Made by a program: the position numbers and the translations under genes. A DNA stretch of 64,000 nt. Origin: a virus. Taxonomy: Duplodnaviria > Heunggongvirae > Uroviricota > Caudoviricetes. A model generated the notes under the pieces. The model saw only the letters and a program-made list of their open reading frames with translations, searched no databases and was not told where the DNA came from. The stretch lies in IMG/VR virus record IMGVR_UViG_3300005527_003200, one strand, 5' to 3'. Position 1 is the stretch's first letter. Each line of letters starts with the position of its first letter. Of this stretch, positions 35,791 to 45,538 are shown one piece after another.

Positions 35791-37329
35791 TTATATTTCT
35801 GTGCTCAGGTTGTCCAATTTGTCACTGTCCAAATCTACTTCGTCGGGCTCCGACTCACTGTCCTCATATTCAAACAATGCATTGAATTGAGTAGTAGCAT
35901 TCACAGTCTTCTTGCCCTTAAAGCCTCGTGTGCCCACAATCTCCATCCAATATGTACTGTATTTCTCAACAATAGATTCGGCTTGTTCTCTTGTGGGTGC
36001 AGTGAAAATATCTTCCACAATGTCTTCAAAGTAAGCATAGTCACCAGTGCTACGACGCATCATGGCAGGATGTTCTCCTGCATCAAAACGTCTATTGGCT
36101 TCTTGTACTGCGGTCAAGTGCATCCAGACATTATGGCCCATGAGTAAAGCATATGAGAAACTGTCCCACGATGTCTTGCCTTCTTTACCATTTTTATTTA
36201 GGTCGCCTGGCTTGTAGATACAGATGTCTTTCATCTTGAGAAGTTTGCTTATGGGGCTATCTTCCCAACGTGGTACTACTCCATCGGCAACTATACTTGT
36301 ACCCCAGGCACGTGTGTCAGTGGCGTACTTTTTGTCGTCGGCTGTAGGAGCCATGCGATACGACCATTTTGAGTTGTTTTCAAAGACATTTTCAAAGTAG
36401 ACCTGTCCGTTTGCTGTTGCAAGGAACGGACTGGCGCAGTCAAACGAGATTGTGAAGTTTGGATTGACATATTTTCTCACGGCCCTTTGGATTACAGTTA
36501 ATAAAACAGCCCACTCCAGTTTGGAGGTTCCCAAGAAGTGCATCCAATCATGGACACCTTCTTGAAGTAAATTGTCATAGCGCAATGCCACAATACGTTT
36601 GAGTACCAAGTGAACATCACACATGTTTTGTCCGCCCATGGCCCAGCCATTGAAATGCGTATCTGGATATTTTTGTGGATCGCAATAATCCTTCATCATC
36701 TGATACCATTCTTCTGCATGAGTATGGTTACCACCTTGCAACACATTCAAGAACTTGGTACCACCGTTTGCCACACCCTTGCGATGTTTCATGAAGTATT
36801 CGTTGTTGTAATGTGTTGCCTTGACTGCCTCATCCAAAGTGCTAATGCCAGACTTCCATCCATTCTTTTCATTGATAACAAAACTTGGAATATCAAGTGT
36901 CATAGCATAGTCTGCTATACCATCTAACCAGGCTAGTGCTTGTTCTCGTTTGGCCTGAGCCTTGGCACAACCTGAGTTGGCTCGCCAATCACCTTCCCAC
37001 ACACCTTTAGCAATCTGGAAACCACCAGAGTCGCCCAGCATGATTGTGCCAGGCTCTCTGTTCCGTACCATGTCTTCTGACCAGTCTTGTTTAGCAAGAT
37101 CGAGATTTGCATGCCCTCCAGAGTATAGGGACCAACGGTAAGGGAAAAGTGCTTTGGTAGAGTTAAGCCAATTAAGTTGCTCCATGTCACTAAGGCCCTG
37201 AGGCAATCTCGCCGGATCCACATATGGTTCATTCCTTTGCTTGCCTATGAACGTGGCATAGAACCCGCTGATGGCCGGAAGGAACACAGCGTAGTCCGAT
37301 TGCTTGGCAGTTAAGTCGTCTTGGGTCAT
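35791..37329 (-). CDS. dpdA: DpdA-like DNA-guanine transglycosylase (tRNA-guanine transglycosylase superfamily)
   Basis: It has IMLGDSGGFQ (TGT catalytic Asp motif) and ISFDCASPF (the second Asp motif, xFDCxxP). A C-terminal acidic tail is present. Confidence 0.75.
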   Translation of the reverse strand: MTQDDLTAKQSDYAVFLPAISGFYATFIGKQRNEPYVDPARLPQGLSDMEQLNWLNSTKALFPYRWSLYSGGHANLDLAKQDWSEDMVRNREPGTIMLGDSGGFQIAKGVWEGDWRANSGCAKAQAKREQALAWLDGIADYAMTLDIPSFVINEKNGWKSGISTLDEAVKATHYNNEYFMKHRKGVANGGTKFLNVLQGGNHTHAEEWYQMMKDYCDPQKYPDTHFNGWAMGGQNMCDVHLVLKRIVALRYDNLLQEGVHDWMHFLGTSKLEWAVLLTVIQRAVRKYVNPNFTISFDCASPFLATANGQVYFENVFENNSKWSYRMAPTADDKKYATDTRAWGTSIVADGVVPRWEDSPISKLLKMKDICIYKPGDLNKNGKEGKTSWDSFSYALLMGHNVWMHLTAVQEANRRFDAGEHPAMMRRSTGDYAYFEDIVEDIFTAPTREQAESIVEKYSTYWMEIVGTRGFKGKKTVNATTQFNALFEYEDSESEPDEVDLDSDKLDNLSTEI

Positions 37330-38084
37330 GCTTGGTAAAAGTTTACTGTTTCAAATAGTTCACAGTCCTCTTTATAGAAACTGCGAAGTCTATTTAGATA
37401 GTCTGGATTGCTTGAAAGTTTTTCATTGATACGATCTACTATATTTTGTTGTAACTCTGTAGTGAACAATTCTGTCACTGTGGGGTTGATCTTTTTAGTA
37501 ATATTAAACACATTGGTAGGATCTTGATCTTCTGTTGTGAGATTAAACGGTGTACCAGTAAACTGTTCCATCATCTTGCCAAAGTTTTTGGCCAGCTCAT
37601 CATCACACCGTAACCAAGTGATCTTAGAATGATCGATACCTTTAATAAAATCACATTGTGGTTGAGTGTGACTGTCGAACATTACAGTATCGAATATCAT
37701 ATCCCAATCAACATTGTTTATATGCAATGGATGTTCTGGATCCCATCCTTGCAGATACTGTGCTAGTCCAGTCACCCACCGATTGATAGGATCTCTAAGT
37801 ATCACAGCATACTGGGCATTCTGTAAATGTTCTGACCATGTTGAAACGTTGATATTGTATTGTGTTGGAATATCTTCGTAAAATTTTTGTGTACGGTAGT
37901 TAAACAAATATCCCGGTGTATGATGCTTGGTCCAGCTGCTGGCATTTTTAGGAATGTGAACGTAAATCAAACATCTTGATGGATTATCTTTGACAATGCA
38001 ATAGCTTTGTCCATTCCCAGCTTGGTTAGGTCCTGCCGGATCACCATCATCAACAAATTTAGGTCCTGTTGGTTTTTTAAACAT
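37326..38084 (-). CDS. Sulfotransferase (Sulfotransfer_2 / carbohydrate sulfotransferase-like, PAPS-dependent)
   Basis: The 5'-PSB-like motif LIYVHIPKNASSW and the 3'-PB-like motif ILRDPINRWVTGLAQY are present. The ORF was trimmed to MFKKPTG. Confidence 0.55.
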   Translation of the reverse strand: MFKKPTGPKFVDDGDPAGPNQAGNGQSYCIVKDNPSRCLIYVHIPKNASSWTKHHTPGYLFNYRTQKFYEDIPTQYNINVSTWSEHLQNAQYAVILRDPINRWVTGLAQYLQGWDPEHPLHINNVDWDMIFDTVMFDSHTQPQCDFIKGIDHSKITWLRCDDELAKNFGKMMEQFTGTPFNLTTEDQDPTNVFNITKKINPTVTELFTTELQQNIVDRINEKLSSNPDYLNRLRSFYKEDCELFETVNFYQA

Positions 38085-38085
38085 A

Positions 38086-38808
38086 TCACTTGCTTTGTGC
38101 TGGTAAGATATAATTGTAAACAGCAATGCCACTATCCACCGTGATCTTGGCAGCACCATCATCACTGATACGAACGGTCTTGTCCCCAGTCAATGACAGG
38201 ATACTCATGACTTGTTGAGCAGGCCACGACCAAGCACGTTTCAATTGACCATTTACACCTGGGTGGAACACAAAGTTACCAGCATGTGTGCTATGATCAC
38301 CAAAGAAAAACTTCAAGTCTCCGTTTTCAGTCTTGGCCTGGAAATGTGGTTCTTCAGCATTGGCCTGTGCTTGCATACGCAGGCGTTGGATGGCAGCCAC
38401 AGTGGGTTCAAATTCAATGTGCCAGTTTACACCTTTGAACTTGGGCGTCTTGAGTTTTTCAGTCACAATGGCTTCGGCCATGAAACGATAGTTGTTTTGA
38501 AAATCGCCTGCGGCATTTTCAAACTTGATGCCATCTGGCTCGCCGCCTGCTCGGCGACTCAAGCTGAGTTTGGCGTTTTCTTTGTACTCCTGCAAGTTCA
38601 ACAGAATTTTGATCTTGGCCAAGTTTGGCATGCCAAATGTGCCCACAAAGTCTGGATGTGGATTTTTGAATTCACCTTCCACAACCACGCTCATGTCTTC
38701 AGCAAGGCCTACAATTTGTGTGGCTTTGTCATCGCCTACAATCTTGATCAAATCAATGCAGCCAAGATCGTGTGTGTGTTGTACTAAGTCTAATAGATAA
38801 TCTCTCAT
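38086..38808 (-). CDS. Hypothetical protein (240 aa); possible sliding-clamp-like accessory protein (unsupported)
   Basis: It lies in the DNA-polymerase operon. No motif was recognised. Confidence 0.5.
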   Translation of the reverse strand: MRDYLLDLVQHTHDLGCIDLIKIVGDDKATQIVGLAEDMSVVVEGEFKNPHPDFVGTFGMPNLAKIKILLNLQEYKENAKLSLSRRAGGEPDGIKFENAAGDFQNNYRFMAEAIVTEKLKTPKFKGVNWHIEFEPTVAAIQRLRMQAQANAEEPHFQAKTENGDLKFFFGDHSTHAGNFVFHPGVNGQLKRAWSWPAQQVMSILSLTGDKTVRISDDGAAKITVDSGIAVYNYILPAQSK

Positions 38809-38841
38809 TTTGTATACTCCTAATGTTTAAGTTTAACAGGT

Positions 38842-39786
38842 TTATTTAGAATTTGCAACTATTCTGGCTAATGTTTGTCCGCCTCTAAGCGAATCTATTT
38901 CTCCAGGTTTTTGGAACTCAAACCATGCAACGTCAGCAGGGCCATTGTGACGATGCATGAGCTCAAATCCCAATGTTTCAGCATGTTCTTGAATCAACGA
39001 TCCTGGAGTGTAGCACATGTAACTGCGCTCGGCCAATGCAACTCCGTGAGCACGATCACAGTCGTTGTAGGTAAAAAACACCACTCCGCCAGGCCGAAGT
39101 TTTTTCCACAGCTCATCCAAGTACTGACATATCAATTCCAATGGTTTGTAATTGAAGTAATTGTAAGCAAAGCAATATCCAAACTGAGCATCTGGCAACA
39201 GTGCAAGTATTGGTTTGCCTAGAATCTCTTCAGCTGTGTATAATCTCAGTCTACGTCGATATTCTTCAGTAAATCCTTGACAGGCAGGTTCTAGCAATTC
39301 AAGATTGTTGTCAATCATGTACAACGGGTCCAATGGTACCAATTGCTCCACGTGTTGTTCCAGTGCTGGTCTGAAAATCAATCCAGGCACACGCCAATCT
39401 GTGTAGCGTAAAATTCTACCTTGTAGTAGTTCAGCACTTTCGGGATCGCAACGTAGCCTACGATTAAGAATGTGTTCGGTAGTGTCATAACACATTTCAT
39501 GCTGGAACAATCTCAAACTTTCACGCAAGTATTCTGGATGCTGTGCAGTCATAGCGTCAATCACGTGACTGCGTATAGCGTCAATGGTATGATTGAATTG
39601 CTGGAAACTTTCATTAATTTTGTTACCATTGGCAATGATGCCTTGTGTAAATTTGTTAAATTGCACATTGTGGTTGGCAATTTTGTGTATCACAGCATCA
39701 AGTCTGTGACGGGCTTCTTGATGAATTTGACCTAACTCAAATTCATCAATGTGGTTCAAGTAATCAACAAGTTCGCTCAGTTTCAT
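38842..39786 (-). CDS. Putative SAM-dependent methyltransferase-like protein
   Basis: The C-terminal LRPGGVVFFTYND resembles the methyltransferase motif. Its ATG overlaps the polymerase TGA stop. Confidence 0.45.
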   Translation of the reverse strand: MKLSELVDYLNHIDEFELGQIHQEARHRLDAVIHKIANHNVQFNKFTQGIIANGNKINESFQQFNHTIDAIRSHVIDAMTAQHPEYLRESLRLFQHEMCYDTTEHILNRRLRCDPESAELLQGRILRYTDWRVPGLIFRPALEQHVEQLVPLDPLYMIDNNLELLEPACQGFTEEYRRRLRLYTAEEILGKPILALLPDAQFGYCFAYNYFNYKPLELICQYLDELWKKLRPGGVVFFTYNDCDRAHGVALAERSYMCYTPGSLIQEHAETLGFELMHRHNGPADVAWFEFQKPGEIDSLRGGQTLARIVANSK

Positions 39787-42443
39787 TCGAATGAAAATAG
39801 TGATGTAAAAGTATTTTCTGTGTTGGTAGCAGACGCAAGGTCCCATTCCAACACACCCAGCAAGTTGTCGACCTTTTGATCCACAACAGTTGCTTCCATT
39901 AGCCCATCGTCAAACGGCAGTTCAGTAAACCATGCAGGCAATCTTTGCTCATCTGTAGGATAGCCAATTGATGTCCATCCAAGTGCATTTGATTTGAGTT
40001 TGCACACAATGGTTTTCATACCATCCACAACCTGCATTGAGTAGTTGTCTGAATTCATTCTACGCATTTGATTCCAATTCATTGCGGCACGAACGTGTCC
40101 TGGCATGTTTGCTTTGCCCAGGCGTGCTTCCTCTGCCGCATATTTGGTCAAGTTGTTCACACGCTTAGGCGATCCTTTTTCCCAGCCTGGACGCTCTTTA
40201 AACTCATACTTGAATTCTCTAATGCGTTCAATGATCTCATCTCGTTGTGTACCTGCCAGTACTTTATTTAGAATTTCTAACAGGAAGTCTTGAATTACTT
40301 TGGGGGTATCTGAACGCTTGAGATCCAAGCCCATGGCCTTGGTCTTGCCAATCTTGCCGTCTACATCCAGTCGCTTGCCTTCCAAGTCAATGATGTTCAC
40401 AGCATAACGCTTCTTGGTAATGAACAAACTGCGGTCAGCAACCAGTTCACGACCTGCTTTGATCAACGCACCCATGTCTCGGGGACAATGGAACGCCTGT
40501 TCCATAAACGCTGGAAAGCTCTCATTCACTTGATCAGCAATTGAGTCGTACAGTTGGATGCAGATTTCTTTTGACCATTCCATCCGTCCTTCTGCAACTT
40601 CTTTTTCCAGTATGGGCCACGCAGAAAAATAGCATGAGTCTGTATCACCATAGATGATGGCCTTGCCTGTGTGATCATATTCGCCTGTGATGCACTCATT
40701 GATGTGAGCATCCATGTGCTTGGCAATACTTCGACCTGCCAGTGTGGTTGACTGCCCAATACGCTTGTCAAAGAATCTACAGCCTGGATTCAAAATAGCA
40801 CCATACAAGCTATTCAAGTTAATCTTCTTGACCAATTGACGTTTGTCCCAGAACGCAATCTCTTTGGGATCCTTGGTCTGCTTCTTCTTGGCTTGCAGTT
40901 CTTGTCGTTCACGATACCAGCGTTCCAGCAGGCCAGGGATGATACCTTTCTTCTCGTAAGTGAGAATGGTACCATTGGCAGTAAGGATCCAAGGTTGATT
41001 TGAGTCAAAGATCATGTGCCAGATTTCCATAGCAGAGTGTACTGACTCTTCGCCACCTTCCCAGTCAATGGTAATTTCTGTACCACGTTGCTGTTCCATC
41101 ACAGCAGTATACTCTAAACTGGCAAACAAGCCTTCCCATGCAGCCGCAAAACTTTGTCCCTTGGCCATGTTGGATTTGATCAACTGATCAGTCATGGTTT
41201 GCCGCAATTGGCCCACCACAGTTTCTGGACCCATGTTCATGGCACGAATTGCAGATGGATATAGACTGTTGATGTCCACTGACCCAATCCACATGTGCAG
41301 GCCCTTTTTAGGATATGCCACATAAGCACCTGCGGCCTGGGTGTCATCATCTGTAAGGCGTTGCTTACGATTGGGCACAACCATTCCACGCTCGTGTGCT
41401 TCATTGATAATGGCCTGTTCAGTCACTGCCACAGCACCCATTGTGGTTTGTAGCAACACAGTATTGGCGTGTGCCAGTTCATTGGCTAGGTCCAAGAAAC
41501 GCAATTTCTTGTCTAACTTGGCAATGATCATGGTGTCTTGGCGGTTGTACTCAATAAACTTTTTGAAGTGCTGGTTGTACAACTGATCCAGTGTGCCTTC
41601 AAATTGTGTTTTGCGTTCACCCAGCTCGTACTCGCCGATAGCATCCAAACTATATGAGTGGCGTTCCTCGTATGTGTACTTGCGATACAACTGCATGTAG
41701 TCCATATGCACACGACCGACTAAGTCGTAAGTTTGATTCTCTGCGCCAAAGCGTTCAAACATTCTTTGCTTGGGAAACTGTCCCCACAAACAAAAGCGTC
41801 GTGTGTCATCCTTGCTGAGTATTCTTGTGGTACGATTTACTGTGTAAGGAATGTCGTAACCTTCTGAGTTCCAACCTGTAAGTACATCCGCACCTTCAAT
41901 CACATCCAAGAACATTTTGATCATGTCTTCTTCACGCTCAAACAAGATGGTATTTTCAAACTCGGCCACCAGCTCTTGTGCAGTATCCCAGCTTAGATGT
42001 TTAGGCGGCACCGCCAGTGTGATCATCTGATCCAGCCAATCTAAATATACAGATATAGCAGTGATAGGATTGAAGGGATCTGCCACAGGCGAGAATCCAC
42101 GCTCTGCATCAAACGCAACTTCGATGTCAAAAAATGCTGTGTGCAGTTCTGGAGCATCTTGGTCTTTGTAGTTCTCTTCCAAACATCTAAAGATAGGATT
42201 GATGTCTGATTCATACAACTGCTTGCCCGACTGGCTGCGAACTTCCTTGCGAAATTCTTTGTTGTTGCGCGATGAGAATCTATTTACAGGTGTGCCGTAG
42301 ATGCTTTGAAACTTGCCTCTAGGATCGTCATAATAGAAAATGTAGTTGGCAGGATATTCCTTGTAGACTCGTTCGCCATCGCGGCGTTCTACTACATGTA
42401 TGCGATCGTGTTCACGATCAAAAAGTGCGTCGATATAACTCAT
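39783..42443 (-). CDS. Family-B DNA polymerase, T4 gp43 type
   Basis: It has exo I FFDIEV, exo II and polymerase motifs, a YGDTDS (pol C) motif, and an N-terminal layout like T4 gp43. Confidence 0.9.
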   Translation of the reverse strand: MSYIDALFDREHDRIHVVERRDGERVYKEYPANYIFYYDDPRGKFQSIYGTPVNRFSSRNNKEFRKEVRSQSGKQLYESDINPIFRCLEENYKDQDAPELHTAFFDIEVAFDAERGFSPVADPFNPITAISVYLDWLDQMITLAVPPKHLSWDTAQELVAEFENTILFEREEDMIKMFLDVIEGADVLTGWNSEGYDIPYTVNRTTRILSKDDTRRFCLWGQFPKQRMFERFGAENQTYDLVGRVHMDYMQLYRKYTYEERHSYSLDAIGEYELGERKTQFEGTLDQLYNQHFKKFIEYNRQDTMIIAKLDKKLRFLDLANELAHANTVLLQTTMGAVAVTEQAIINEAHERGMVVPNRKQRLTDDDTQAAGAYVAYPKKGLHMWIGSVDINSLYPSAIRAMNMGPETVVGQLRQTMTDQLIKSNMAKGQSFAAAWEGLFASLEYTAVMEQQRGTEITIDWEGGEESVHSAMEIWHMIFDSNQPWILTANGTILTYEKKGIIPGLLERWYRERQELQAKKKQTKDPKEIAFWDKRQLVKKINLNSLYGAILNPGCRFFDKRIGQSTTLAGRSIAKHMDAHINECITGEYDHTGKAIIYGDTDSCYFSAWPILEKEVAEGRMEWSKEICIQLYDSIADQVNESFPAFMEQAFHCPRDMGALIKAGRELVADRSLFITKKRYAVNIIDLEGKRLDVDGKIGKTKAMGLDLKRSDTPKVIQDFLLEILNKVLAGTQRDEIIERIREFKYEFKERPGWEKGSPKRVNNLTKYAAEEARLGKANMPGHVRAAMNWNQMRRMNSDNYSMQVVDGMKTIVCKLKSNALGWTSIGYPTDEQRLPAWFTELPFDDGLMEATVVDQKVDNLLGVLEWDLASATNTENTFTSLFSFE

Positions 42444-42539
42444 TGTTCTCCGTTTGTGGCCGGTAAGCCATGATTCATGCTCGTAACGAGAGCGACTCGC
42501 AGATATTTATATTAGACAGTGTGTTGACAGGAAATCTTA

Positions 42540-43604
42540 TCATGCTCGACTCAAGTCGTTTGTGATACAGTGTATACCAGCGTCCCAAAAATAACGATGC
42601 CTAAACGGCGACACATGAACTTCAATACCGTGTCTAGCACAGGCTTTTTCAACTTGATCATTGTGGCTGGATACCACAATGTTCTTTTGATCTATCACAA
42701 GTATGTTGACATCAAACACAGTTTCACTAGCATTGCCTACCCAAGACTCAAAGTAATGTTCAACCATGTGTACAAGATTAGGATCTGATTCAAAGCCCGG
42801 AATGTTCCAGCGGCCTCGATTGTGCTTCATGCTGGCTCGAAATTCCGCAGTGTCTGCATAATCACTTGGTGGCAAGTACACCACTTCCCATCCAGGAAAA
42901 GTGTCTGCGTAAGTTGGCACATCTCGTAGGCTAATGATCAATCCAGGAGTAACTGGGCAATAGGTAGCATCTCCGTGACCGCCAGCATTCACAATGCGAT
43001 TGCGTGTGCGCGGGAACAGTTGATTGACTTTGGCCAACAGTTGTGTTTGATCTTCATCATAACTTTGAGTGGCAAAATACAAGTCTTGACCAATGCGACT
43101 CACAAAGCATCCTGACACTACATCAAGATCTGTATGTCGTACTGTGTTGCCTTGTGACAACACATGCTCAACGACGTTTTGATAACAACTCAATTTAGCA
43201 CGATGTTGTGCAAGATCTCTATGTTGAAATTCTGTCCAAGTCAGTTCAGTTTGATTGGCGTATGCTCTTTGAGCATGTGAGCTGTTTGGCTGTTGCGGAA
43301 CCCACAGTTCATCATGAATCATGATGAAATAATCTCTTGGAGTTACAGGCGGTGGCACCCAATGATCATGAATTTTCAAAGCACTGAGATCCTCAGGCAG
43401 TTGAGGCCGCAACACACGGATTCCGAACCGGCTTTGCAATAGTGCAATAAGGGCTTGATAATCTTGTTCAGTTTCTTCTGCCAACGTTTGGAAACGTTGG
43501 CGTGTGTTGCGATCTTGGATCCAATAGTAATAATCCGGCGGGTACGTCATACCGACCACGCATACCTGTAATGGATCCCAGTGTTGAAAAACTTGATAGC
43601 TCAA
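42540..43604 (-). CDS. Agmatine-deiminase / Porphyromonas-type peptidylarginine-deiminase fold enzyme (guanidino-group-modifying superfamily)
   Basis: The C-terminal FWDAGIHCITNDL matches the catalytic-Cys motif GG.IHC.T. It is about 350 aa long. Confidence 0.6.
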   Translation of the reverse strand: MSYQVFQHWDPLQVCVVGMTYPPDYYYWIQDRNTRQRFQTLAEETEQDYQALIALLQSRFGIRVLRPQLPEDLSALKIHDHWVPPPVTPRDYFIMIHDELWVPQQPNSSHAQRAYANQTELTWTEFQHRDLAQHRAKLSCYQNVVEHVLSQGNTVRHTDLDVVSGCFVSRIGQDLYFATQSYDEDQTQLLAKVNQLFPRTRNRIVNAGGHGDATYCPVTPGLIISLRDVPTYADTFPGWEVVYLPPSDYADTAEFRASMKHNRGRWNIPGFESDPNLVHMVEHYFESWVGNASETVFDVNILVIDQKNIVVSSHNDQVEKACARHGIEVHVSPFRHRYFWDAGIHCITNDLSRA

Positions 43605-43861
43605 AGAGTTTTACCAACTGTTTCTAAAATAGTTTCCAGGGTTTCGTGATCCTGTTTGGCTTTGCCAAATTCAGCTTTGTGTGCCAGCTTGATTGCTTTT
43701 TTAAGTACAGCAGGCTTGATTTCCAGTTCTTCAGCCACAGCCTTGATGGTGTCAGTAAGTCCGCCGTTGAGAGTTTCAATTTCGTGCATGACTTGCATGC
43801 CTTCGTTGATGATCTGAGTGAGTTTGAGTTTTTGCTCGCCGTTAAATGTTTTGCCGCTCAT
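43601..43861 (-). CDS. Hypothetical protein (86 aa)
   Basis: It has its own promoter and a TAGGAGG RBS. Confidence 0.55.
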   Translation of the reverse strand: MSGKTFNGEQKLKLTQIINEGMQVMHEIETLNGGLTDTIKAVAEELEIKPAVLKKAIKLAHKAEFGKAKQDHETLETILETVGKTL

Positions 43862-43879
43862 AGAGCCTCCTAAAACAAT

Positions 43880-43908
43880 AGTATATAGATTTATTTAAAG
43901 AAAGTCAA
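43880..43908 (-). promoter_or_regulatory. Sigma-70-like promoter: TTGACT, 17-bp spacer, TATACT
   Basis: The minus strand reads caTTGACTttctttaaataaatctaTATACTattgttttAGGAGGctctATG. Confidence 0.6.
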
Positions 43909-43993
43909 TGTATGGTTGCTCGTTTTGGATCATTGGGTAGCGAATCCAATGACCCGGGCAGAAGCCGCCCACTCGGTCCTAAGGCCAGAGTTC

Positions 43994-45538
43994 TTATGTA
44001 CGACGGATTTGTTTGATTAGGTGGCGGCTTGGATCAAAGTTTTTGCTCCAAGTCAAAGTTTCTGCAACAATCTTCTCTCTTAGTTTTTTCTTTTTAGTCT
44101 TTGTGGGCAGAGTTTTTGTTTGCTTTGTAGGCAGTTTGACCTTGCGACCTGTGTATCCAGGAACCTTGCCGGCTGCTCCTGAGCCAGAGGCGTCTGCTGG
44201 AGCAGGTGCGGGTGGTCTACTAGCTCTTTTTGCTATCTCAGCATCAAGAACTGCTTTCATTTTTGGATGTAAATCTGTTCTTGCGGCAAATCTGGATAAT
44301 ACTTCATCAGGTCCTTTCTGAACATCTCTAACTAAATTAGCTATTTGAACATCACTTGGTTCATGTGCTGTCGCTCCTGGTGCTGGCGCTGGTGCTGGAG
44401 CAGGCTCTGCTGCTGTGACTCCCAGTTGATTTACAAAACTCAACAATGCTTTGGCATCTTCTACTGACAGATTGGCCAATTCAACTTGTATATCGTCCCA
44501 GCTCAATTCGCCTTGCCCTACATACTTGGTACCAGCTTGTTTGCCTTTAGCGTATGCTTGTGACATTCCAGTGAATGCACCTCTTGTGGCACCAGCAGCA
44601 GTTGAAAGCGCACGTGGTGTTGCAGCAATTGCTGAACCTGTGGTTTTTAGAGCTTGTTTGCCCATGTCGTATGCTTGGCTCATTCTGCTTTTGTTTGGTA
44701 CCACAGGTGCGACTGTAGGAGGCAAACGTTCTTCCAATGCACCAGCGGCCTTTTTAGACAATATCTGTTTGACTATTTCCAACTGCTTGGCGTCAAGAGC
44801 TTGAATGGATTGCACTAGAGGTTTGTTTTGCATCACTTGTGATGCGGCAATTTTGGCATACAACGGATCGCTTGGAGAAATCTTTTGTCCACCAATGCTG
44901 ACTGTTTCAGGCTTGCCACCAGTTGGGGTTCCTGCAATTGCTGATCCCAATGCACCGGTTGCGGGTTCTGCAGTAGGTTCTGTGCCAGCATCACCAGCAG
45001 GTGTTGATGACAGTGCTTCAAGTTCTTTGTTTAGCGCATTGCGTCTTGTTTTGTAGGCTGCATCTAAATTGCGCAGTTCTGTTTTGACTGTGTCAGCATC
45101 TCGTGTGGCTGCTGCGCCACCGCCACCGCCAGAAGCAGCAGGTGCAGGTGTTGCTGTTGCACTACCACCTGACGGCCCAGAAAAATCACTAGGCACATAG
45201 GGCTTGCCGGTACGAGGATTAATCGTATTAGATCCAATTGGCATTTCTGCTTTACCGCCGGCCTTGGCGCCAGATGTGTCACCATAGGCTGCGCCGGGCA
45301 CTGTGCTGCCAGCATCATCTTCGCCACCAATGCCTTTTACTGATCCACGATAACCTTTTTTAATTGCTCGACCCAGGCCTTGCGGAATACCTGCCACAGC
45401 GCCTGCTGTTTTACCAATGCCGCCGACAAGGCCGCCAATGCCTCGACCAACCTGGTCCAGGCTAATTTCGTCAAGCTGTTGCTCGTTGATTGTGGTAGTT
45501 GGTTTGATTAGATCAGTGTATATCATTTTAGCGTTCAT
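43994..45538 (-). CDS. Ala/Gly/Pro-rich low-complexity protein (514 aa), probable virion/internal protein
   Basis: It has a compositionally biased middle and a basic C-terminal tail. Confidence 0.55.
   Translation of the reverse strand: MNAKMIYTDLIKPTTTINEQQLDEISLDQVGRGIGGLVGGIGKTAGAVAGIPQGLGRAIKKGYRGSVKGIGGEDDAGSTVPGAAYGDTSGAKAGGKAEMPIGSNTINPRTGKPYVPSDFSGPSGGSATATPAPAASGGGGGAAATRDADTVKTELRNLDAAYKTRRNALNKELEALSSTPAGDAGTEPTAEPATGALGSAIAGTPTGGKPETVSIGGQKISPSDPLYAKIAASQVMQNKPLVQSIQALDAKQLEIVKQILSKKAAGALEERLPPTVAPVVPNKSRMSQAYDMGKQALKTTGSAIAATPRALSTAAGATRGAFTGMSQAYAKGKQAGTKYVGQGELSWDDIQVELANLSVEDAKALLSFVNQLGVTAAEPAPAPAPAPGATAHEPSDVQIANLVRDVQKGPDEVLSRFAARTDLHPKMKAVLDAEIAKRASRPPAPAPADASGSGAAGKVPGYTGRKVKLPTKQTKTLPTKTKKKKLREKIVAETLTWSKNFDPSRHLIKQIRRT

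Noticed and set aside
38086-38808. Sliding clamp (gp45-like) assignment
   Set aside because: The position beside the polymerase is suggestive only. No clamp motifs could be recognised by eye, so it is left hypothetical.
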